A DNA stretch of 32,000 nucleotides. Source: Candidatus Saccharimonadota bacterium. GTDB taxonomy: Bacteria > Patescibacteriota > Gracilibacteria > UBA4473. The notes under the pieces were generated by a model. It searched no databases, was not told the origin of the DNA, and saw only the letters and a program-made list of their open reading frames with translations. The stretch lies in the NCBI GenBank assembly GCA_965228485.1, contig OZ245819.1, positions 180,001-212,000 of the forward strand, in the 5' to 3' direction. Of the stretch, positions 27,201 through 32,000 are shown piece by piece; position 1 is the first letter of the stretch, and every line of letters starts with the position of its first letter. A program made the position numbers and the translations under genes.

Positions 27201-30200
27201 TGCTGAATGACTACTACAATACAGGAGGGGAAACTTTAACAGATGAAGCTATTTTTGTTAGGACTGACCAGGCTTCTTTTTTAAGTGAAGTAACTCTTGA
27301 GACTACTTCAGATAATGAGAAGTTAAAACCAGGAGACAGAATTAAGGCCGAATTGGTGGTAACGGCCAAAGGGCCATTAAAAAACTTTGCCCTACTTCCA
27401 GCGAAAGAAGGAAATTCAAAATTCCTTGAAGAAACTTTTCGATGTAGTGGATGTTCTGGAGATGTTCGTCTTTACCCTGGTGCAGGAGATGGATTCTTCT
27501 GGGCAGAAGTTGGTGATATAAGCGACAAAGTAACCTTTACTTGGCAGGAAGAAATTTCTGAGCTTAATACCCTTAAATTCTTTGTTGGGAATTTTGACAA
27601 AGGATTTGATGATCTTGATGATGTAACACTGCCTTGGTTTCAAGAAGATACAGAAGTTTTAATGCAGTTTTTAACTCAGAAAAAAACAGGAGATAAAGCT
27701 TCTACTACAGAATCTCCATACTTATTAAACCCAGATATTTTAACGGTTAGTAAGCCAAAACTTTCTCTTGATCTCATCCAAAACCTTTCTGAAGAAGATT
27801 TGAATAAACGTTCGGAAGAATTGTTTGGCCGAGAATCAGATATTGATAACGACAACCTTCCTTATAGTTTTGATCACTACAATAGTCAGAATAATTTTGA
27901 TGTTGATCGAAGAGCGGCTTTGGGCGGAGGAAATGTAAATTTTGATAATTTACTGAAATCAAATAACCAAGAAAAAAGAGCTCAAATGTTGATGGGAGGA
28001 GGGAGTTGTTTTAATCAACCAGAGTCGGCGGCTCCTAATGCTCCAGGGTTGATTAATGATAGAAAAGTTCCTCATGCTAAACCGAAAGGAAAACAACAGG
28101 GGCAATTCCAACTTTCTTGGCTAACAACTAAATATACGCCCTCAGGCCCGGTCCCAAGTACCTCACCTCCAGATAGTCCAGGAGAGAGAACGGAGCCACA
28201 TCCATACAAGTCTATGGGACGTTATTATGTGATGCCAACTTCAACTGGAAAAACTGGGACAGCGATCTGTACAGGTTCTTTTCCTGTTCATATGGCGGCT
28301 CCAAATTGGGCTCCAAATTGTTTTGTTTCAACGCCTCCAGTTAAATTTATGCAGAGTTGTGCAAATCCTCAGGACTATGAACCAAAAGAGGATCAACTTA
28401 TGTGTGCGGCTGATAGCTTTGTTTCAGGAAGTTCGGCTATTGCTACAAGTGGAGGTTCTGCTGGGAAAGGGAATGCTTCTATGGGAAGAGGACCTGGGAA
28501 AATAAATGCTCCATTAACGGGAACAAATGCAACAAGTTTTCAAAACCTTTCATCAGGAATGATGAATAACGATAAGACAGGAAAAGGGAATGCAACAGCA
28601 AGTAGTATGAAGCCAAATCCTGATTTTTCTTCAAAAACTAGAACGAACCCTATGACCGCAGGAGGGAAGAAAGATCAAAACTTGAATAATCTTATGGCTG
28701 ATATTGTAAATGTAACTCACGAGCCAGTGCCTGTGAGTATTCCAGCTACAAGTCAATCTGAGATGGATCAGGCAGAGGAAGATTTTGCCCAAAATCAAGA
28801 ACAACTGAAGCAGGTGATGGACGAGAAAATCCCACCAGCGGTTGTGGATCTTAAAGATGATCTTGAAGTTACACTAGAGGATTTAGAAATGATTCAAAAA
28901 GGAGATTTTGATGATTTCACATTACCGCCAATAGACCGTTTAACTTTGGCTTTAGAAAGTTATGAATCGCAACTAGAGGCATTCCGTGGAAGTATAGAAG
29001 AGAAAGTTTGCACTTCTTCAGGAAAAGCTTCTACTTGTGAAAATGGACGGAAGCTTATTCGTCAGGCAGAAGCACGATTGAGAACAATCAAAACTGTTTT
29101 GGGAACTGATTATCAATCAAATGCTGAGAGTGTTGAAACTTTTGTCGATGGAGCAGGAGAGCTTTCAGAAGAGATTGAAATCTTCTCAACGGATTTAGAA
29201 AGTTATGTTGATTCTTTAGAATCTCCAATTGAGGCTCGAGAAGAACTCCAAAATCATATGGTTCGATTTGAGCAGAACTTTAAAAATCTGGATCAAGCTG
29301 CAGGGAGTGGAGCGCAGAAGGTTTTACAAATTAGAGATCTTGAAAATAAGATTGTTTCTTCTACGGCCCAAATTGTTGAGCAGTATCAGAATTATCATAA
29401 AGGTTGGATGGCTCAGAACCAGAAAAGAGAAAATGAGTGGAAAGCTCAGTCAGAAGTTAATAAGCAGATTCTTTCTATGATGCAGACGGTTCCACAAATC
29501 TATACAGATTTCGCAAATAACTGTAGGACTGGAACCGTGGATCGAGCCACTTTGCTTCCATGGTTAACCGACCATGTGTTTGAAAAAGGAGCTTCTCGTA
29601 AGGTGATTAATCTTCCAACAACACCAAATACGGAGTTGGATGGTCGTCAGATGACACCGGCCAAAATGGATCTTAAGCTTCCAACTCCTCAAATCACACA
29701 AGTGGCGATAGGACCACTTGATACCATGGAAAATATTCCAGAAGTGCCAGATTATTCAGAAGAAATTGATGATGGAGTCGTTACTTTTACCGATAAGGTG
29801 AACTTAGCGGAGAAAGTAAATACAACTCGTACAGAATTAGAAAATTGGAATGAAATTTATAATACTTTGAGAAAAACTTCTCAATTCTTTCCAACCCTGG
29901 ATAGTAATGGAAATATTACTCAAAAGGGAAGTACAGAAGCTATTCTTCCAGCCGTTTCAACAAATTTTGACCCTGTTTCCTTGGACGATCTAGAAAACCT
30001 ATTGCAGACCGAAATTCCAGAATTAATTGAAGAAAAACGAATGGAGCTACCATTTGTTAAGAATCTTCCTGCCACAGCAGGCGGAGGGGAGAGTTCTTTC
30101 CAACCAGATATTCCAAGTCTTCCAATGAGCCAGCTACCATTCTTACCACCACCTCCAAAGATGGATAATTTGACTTGTGGGATGCTTAATAATTTGAAAG

Positions 30201-32000
30201 TTCCACTCTCATTCTTGAATTTGGAATGTATGATTCGTTTGGGAGTAGCCCCTGTGTCTGAGTGGTATGTAAAACCTCATGTAGAGAGAAGAACTAATCG
30301 TTCAGCACTTTCAAAAAATAAAGACTTTACTTCGTCTTCGATTAAACCAGGACCATTTACAGGAAATCCGAGTACTATGAGTGTCTTTGGGAAAAGTGGA
30401 AGAAACTCTATTTTTGAAGGAAATCATGATCAACTAAAGGAAGCGGCAAAAGGCCAAAGTTCTTTTATTAAATCCAATTCTCAATCGCCTTCCACTAAAG
30501 GCTTGAATAGTATCCCCGCTTCAGGAGGTGAAACGATTAAAACTTCTTCTCTTGATCCATTAAAAGAATGGAAAAATTGGCTCGTTACAGGAGAAACAGA
30601 ATCTGAAAAAGCACTAGAGCCAATCGCTTTTTTGAAAGCTCTGAAGCATTTATCAGAAACGATGCCAACCTATGTTGATGCGCAAGAAAAATTAAAAGTT
30701 CAATTAGCGACAACGGAAATTCCTGAGTCTATTACCAGGGCAAGAGAGATTAAAGAAATAGATACCGCCTTTAATAATTATTTGGCTAAACTTGAATCTT
30801 ACAGACAAGAACGATTACAAGAAACTAAAAGACTTAAGTATGTATACGAAAGTCAGCCAGAAACTTTCTTTGAAGATCGATTTGTTCAAAATACGATTTC
30901 TAAAGACAAACGTTTCTTAGCGGCTAATACTGATAGCGCGCTTGACTTTGAAATTCCAGTGAGAGAATTTACAACCAGTGTGGCACAATTTGAACCACCA
31001 GTAGAAGATACGGCAGATTTTGAATTTGTGGCGGATAACTTTGAAGAAAATATTAATCAAGATGAATCAAGCAATAGCTGTGCCAATATGGTAAAGCCCG
31101 GGATTTACTACGGGGATGGTAATGGCGATAGCTTGGATAGAATTAATAAGCTGCCATACCGAACTATTAGTGCTTATGCGGTCTTTGACCTAGATGATGA
31201 TGGAGTGAATGAAATTCTCTATGGATTGGGAGCAGAGCTCTTTGTAAAAAGAAAATCAGGACCGAGTGGAGAAACTCTTAAGTTTAATTTGGAAGTTATC
31301 AACAGCATTGATCTAGATGATTTTGAAAGGCCTGTAGATACATTGGAAAACTATGAATTCTATGGGGCACTGAATAGTGAATTTGGAAAAGATGAATCTC
31401 TAGCCAATTATACGGAATGGGAATTCTCTGAACGACCAGACCAGATTTTTGAGCTTCATAAAACCTCCGCTAATAAGTATGCGAACTGGAAATCTTCTTT
31501 AGGGACTATTTCTAGAGGCATTCCAGAGCAGGGAACTTTGAGAGATACGACCGCTCAAATTGTAGAAGTAAAAGGTTCTCCACAGATTAAATCTCCATTA
31601 AAAATTCCTCTACTCAAGTTTGAACCAGAAGCTTGTGCCAATGAGAATATTGTAAAACCTTTCATTCAGAGTGGGATGGTTATGGCCATAGATGAACCCG
31701 CAACGGTTCAGGTTTACTTCCCACCAAATAGAGCCCGAGAAGCGAGAGTAGAAGTACATGATATTGCCCCAGGGGAAGAGCTTTATTTAGAAGATGCTGA
31801 TGTTTGCCTCTTTGAGGGAACGGCTTGGTTTGCTCAGTATGATTATTTGGATGAATATGATTTTTGGGTAACAAACCAACAAGTTTTTGCGGGTAACAAT
31901 GAGGAACTTGAGCCAAAAGTTATTAAATTTGCTGACGGATCAGAAGTACTTATTGAAGGGCGGGATGAATGGCTTGAAAAAGTAGAAGACGGGACATTCC
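21104..32000 (+). CDS. giant secreted/surface protein, 3' end outside window (at least 3,632 aa seen)
   Basis: I translated the frame (codon starts congruent to 2 mod 3) codon by codon from ATG 21104 to base 32000 and found no TAA, TAG or TGA. It is absent from the ORF track because no stop lies in the window. Features include a signal peptide, Ig-like repeats, FG-GAP-like loops, scattered Cys pairs, Pro-rich linkers and a helical region. Confidence 0.9.
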   Translation, partial: MLHSPGAKTSWFGAIGRKILSIFLVWALLLPLLPPQVFAQSVVAPKVQVTDLVVLLVDKDLVSQASLKSRINRYAEDVQRALEHQAVVIPVDTDSSILRIHELLAQYYFSGRYNDGLSRLKGVVLIGDLPIPVVEKNGNYWPSVFPYVDFENTSYTWDYEKEQFVYEDNYLMAPEIWHSIIRSNNEELEDRVEELEDFFDNNHQVHQEQTDFSKKVFYANFERQRKVIPAESFFRYQEWIKYAEPIQYLRFTKHFANELIENQKSAGIGSGVFDNLTDEEKEELADEIADSEEDVSREDVLESLNADTLSMMPDVQSKLLIDNFAQRYFEIYTHWLTEVHERVGKAARWKAGEVDTTPSLVSRKDEASVLILRYFNDLVEEELVKTFNENNIATHLYINHEVPVIYTVGDGEGGSHEEWAYKPFYWNGVYPKNDFEVENCTLIRGSKRDIQNQPLAQQVEANNTLDIRTAETCKHTQEPGYASDPYGGCCAKNLKYENEEFTYNGCIATSTWMGGQNGESSLYHSGARNPVLGLAGTREIDGKQGAAGCLAALHFNEAEEHSTKFSTLMIHDEPKPETVMEQVEAQFSRALPVDDPRGFSFLDHGRQFRRLAFPNVFEFREQFDSFEAFEAAVRGSLISKIKQVNQITEGGNVASADRFDSESTIYAWPAPPEAPPIPAVQTEGAQMDCSITNGIQQVDEFTKVRVWTRNCEEYDESETTSPTGGVTTTRNSLYNYTDVVKRYYESGNEIEESAIVDEFLKTVDLEKVYEAITWIDKNVEEKNREVFEVAMGEVDEFQRFFFDTESDGYEVVEILGEGTHENGLELAFSPLQIKADREYEDGTDTGTGIDDDDLTSLCEGIPSRPELDMEYLKAKEKFVKFQFKNGETKNVFLGQDMAKTFLNTEAEDKCDQIPSTLLYWPSKIACSAKATASGASKKLFLGENLGTTKPFEPVIESFDVDLKNKNLLVESDNIMLHAQSVDPLEVKVKLVDIDGKLQEQDFSTQVELDFSTQDAARLFKIAPSQSLPLTKGEAIFYLIPQTSQFGGKIEMTATATRDDSELELASEPVPVLVSRYGLFGISESEQVVVKDKDGVKIKARILDQNNKLTSDMDGVSLKFKTEAGSFIGGENRAIVKEGIAEITLLPGTKAGKFKIYISDPSERVAPYEVNIELLPDDPATIYVSKKSSFLVQASSSIPITAKLLDQYGNIVYDVFHKWSWQWENLNIESLEERDIDPRVSGLQEFTNYSGESTVLVSPTPGTSTARLTIGSDYWEDGNARSLGLTVIKDPTFWVELNKSEVIAGGEDTLSVSVEARTAEGTAIKDDFNISLVVSPVKDGAYPETIDLVDGRASFDITPGTLAGKFKLFFHSPGFVPGESEFTVLPGEPEKIELSRSGNVRYAAEFDTDKTVPIEVKVLDEFRNVVPTFTDRIDLRATEVTSYLVDIPDDEKQVTRGSNIVELQPKGLAGKVRLIAEHDDLVGDTLEFDLADFFRIQDVKNLAPKSLLTLILGFEAGDLRDKENFANTFLHVGSTQSVGTLTVPPLPPLQYGSLAPAGRIGNGLIAKFVSSSYPEFLLESDDKILTQQRLFFGRSPKFYLNQSISDEGVYVQVEDEDTPILLTDKTLYWKEKPLLRLEPEGGLTILSGVLELVPTDNIFVWDIEYESDVIGTLTFEEEAKELQTVDKFELIDDFSGLQIRPIDTDIYFNRVFVGKNTHDALGVGIFDQQKTETRTRRLGADFPSAESLLVNNELVWDQEWKPGTTMAAFNSIGISSQWGSSDAFIMYGDPSLKLRGENERKPNGFTQDIGRPLWRSGDGTIRKIIGMDVNDDGNMDVLSLVENTLYALYQTDEKRAHFRDTGPIIKFTDGVVSLAGINLGNTENPDHKDLIQLNSSGKLKLWKNKDQGVFRSHQIDLGLENSIESFQVAKLNTDNFEDLIVVDRHHKVWALYGKANEFHPPVFIKDLSPEFRAIDESFAYAKDDYAPINLKYSMFSFEGIREVESIEPLEWNRFTRPTAPVQTEIEPEDLEPLLLNDYYNTGGETLTDEAIFVRTDQASFLSEVTLETTSDNEKLKPGDRIKAELVVTAKGPLKNFALLPAKEGNSKFLEETFRCSGCSGDVRLYPGAGDGFFWAEVGDISDKVTFTWQEEISELNTLKFFVGNFDKGFDDLDDVTLPWFQEDTEVLMQFLTQKKTGDKASTTESPYLLNPDILTVSKPKLSLDLIQNLSEEDLNKRSEELFGRESDIDNDNLPYSFDHYNSQNNFDVDRRAALGGGNVNFDNLLKSNNQEKRAQMLMGGGSCFNQPESAAPNAPGLINDRKVPHAKPKGKQQGQFQLSWLTTKYTPSGPVPSTSPPDSPGERTEPHPYKSMGRYYVMPTSTGKTGTAICTGSFPVHMAAPNWAPNCFVSTPPVKFMQSCANPQDYEPKEDQLMCAADSFVSGSSAIATSGGSAGKGNASMGRGPGKINAPLTGTNATSFQNLSSGMMNNDKTGKGNATASSMKPNPDFSSKTRTNPMTAGGKKDQNLNNLMADIVNVTHEPVPVSIPATSQSEMDQAEEDFAQNQEQLKQVMDEKIPPAVVDLKDDLEVTLEDLEMIQKGDFDDFTLPPIDRLTLALESYESQLEAFRGSIEEKVCTSSGKASTCENGRKLIRQAEARLRTIKTVLGTDYQSNAESVETFVDGAGELSEEIEIFSTDLESYVDSLESPIEAREELQNHMVRFEQNFKNLDQAAGSGAQKVLQIRDLENKIVSSTAQIVEQYQNYHKGWMAQNQKRENEWKAQSEVNKQILSMMQTVPQIYTDFANNCRTGTVDRATLLPWLTDHVFEKGASRKVINLPTTPNTELDGRQMTPAKMDLKLPTPQITQVAIGPLDTMENIPEVPDYSEEIDDGVVTFTDKVNLAEKVNTTRTELENWNEIYNTLRKTSQFFPTLDSNGNITQKGSTEAILPAVSTNFDPVSLDDLENLLQTEIPELIEEKRMELPFVKNLPATAGGGESSFQPDIPSLPMSQLPFLPPPPKMDNLTCGMLNNLKVPLSFLNLECMIRLGVAPVSEWYVKPHVERRTNRSALSKNKDFTSSSIKPGPFTGNPSTMSVFGKSGRNSIFEGNHDQLKEAAKGQSSFIKSNSQSPSTKGLNSIPASGGETIKTSSLDPLKEWKNWLVTGETESEKALEPIAFLKALKHLSETMPTYVDAQEKLKVQLATTEIPESITRAREIKEIDTAFNNYLAKLESYRQERLQETKRLKYVYESQPETFFEDRFVQNTISKDKRFLAANTDSALDFEIPVREFTTSVAQFEPPVEDTADFEFVADNFEENINQDESSNSCANMVKPGIYYGDGNGDSLDRINKLPYRTISAYAVFDLDDDGVNEILYGLGAELFVKRKSGPSGETLKFNLEVINSIDLDDFERPVDTLENYEFYGALNSEFGKDESLANYTEWEFSERPDQIFELHKTSANKYANWKSSLGTISRGIPEQGTLRDTTAQIVEVKGSPQIKSPLKIPLLKFEPEACANENIVKPFIQSGMVMAIDEPATVQVYFPPNRAREARVEVHDIAPGEELYLEDADVCLFEGTAWFAQYDYLDEYDFWVTNQQVFAGNNEELEPKVIKFADGSEVLIEGRDEWLEKVEDGTF
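24001..25570 (+). repeat. about five tandem divergent Ig-like (Big/invasin-type) domains within the giant protein (aa ~966-1489)
   Basis: Units of about 100 aa share one pattern: a strand ending in a [VIL]xAx[VIL]xD..G/N motif, then a ..G.A.[VIF].[VIL].P....G.[FV]K[IL].. tail. Examples: VKIKARILDQNNKL..GIAEITLLPGTKAGKFKIYISD; IPITAKLLDQYGNIV; LSVSVEARTAEGTAI..GRASFDITPGTLAGKFKLFFHS; VPIEVKVLDEFRNVV..NIVELQPKGLAGKVRLIAEH. The repeats are visible at protein level only, not at DNA level. Confidence 0.6.
26560..26960 (+). repeat. three consecutive FG-GAP/VCBS-like repeats (putative calcium-binding beta-propeller blades) in the giant protein
   Basis: The three units are GMDVNDDGNMDVLSLVENTLYALYQ, then NPDHKDLIQLNSSGKLKLWKNKDQGVF, then LNTDNFEDLIVVDRHHKVWALYG. 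The D-x-N-x-D-G-x-x-D loop followed by a hydrophobic strand is the FG-GAP hallmark. A fourth copy (AVFDLDDDGVNEILYGLG) lies at about 31180-31230. Confidence 0.5.

Noticed and set aside
21431-31916. About 20 short ORFs (60-88 aa) on the minus strand, plus + strand ORFs at 26175-26417, 26553-26771, 28323-28505 and 29229-29480.
   Set aside because: All lie antisense to, or in the +1 frame of, the verified giant ORF. They have low-complexity or odd composition and no start context, so they are shadow ORFs.
21000-32000. The apparent coding desert in the ORF track suggested an alternative genetic code (UGA recoding, code 4 or 25) or a large non-coding or repeat region.
   Set aside because: Direct translation shows one frame fully open under the standard code, with no TGA, TAA or TAG. 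The ORF is missing from the track only because it has no stop in the window, so no recoding is needed.
1-32000. I searched by eye for CRISPR arrays, IS elements or transposases, integrases, rRNA genes and long DNA-level tandem repeats.
   Set aside because: I found none. The only repeats seen are the short palindromes near the zinc operon, the 11-nt tRNA-arm duplicate and protein-level domain repeats.

Overview
Low-GC, tightly packed bacterial chromosome segment that reads cleanly in the standard code. A small-genome, CPR/Patescibacteria-like origin is my inference only. Left to right:

(1) 1-1529: a visibly more AT-rich two-gene islet, consisting of a 5'-truncated TIR-like domain gene and an unknown 374-aa partner. 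It abuts the 3' end of tRNA-Ser(GCU).
(2) 1866-5995 (-): a complete zinc-homeostasis operon of COG0523 GTPase, Zur, ZnuA, ZnuC and ZnuB. Three copies of a GCAACTnAGTTGC palindrome sit in its promoter regions.
(3) 6094-11370: membrane and transport genes (CNNM/DUF21, MOP-type flippase, CPA2 antiporter, MFS).
(4) tRNA-Glu(UUC), ftsX, recO, and an acidic secreted protein with an LAQTG sorting signal.
(5) 14095-17890 (-): an operon of purF, a PCP/Wzz-like membrane protein, purM and hpf.
(6) A TPR protein, tRNA-His(GUG) and a GT4 glycosyltransferase.
(7) The main item: one uninterrupted + strand reading frame from ATG 21104 to the window end at 32000. That is at least 3,632 codons and one third of the window. 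The supplied ORF track omits it because it has no stop inside the window. It encodes a giant signal-peptide-bearing surface protein with about five tandem Ig-like (Big-type) domains, FG-GAP/VCBS-like calcium-loop repeats, gingipain (C25)-like motifs without an obvious catalytic Cys, Cys-rich and low-complexity linkers, and a long helical region.

Two window-wide oddities stand out. None of the 20 terminated genes ends in TGA (12 TAA, 8 TAG), and TGA never occurs in frame in about 10,000 codons. Recognisable Shine-Dalgarno sequences are also absent. I found no rRNA, CRISPR array, transposase or integrase.
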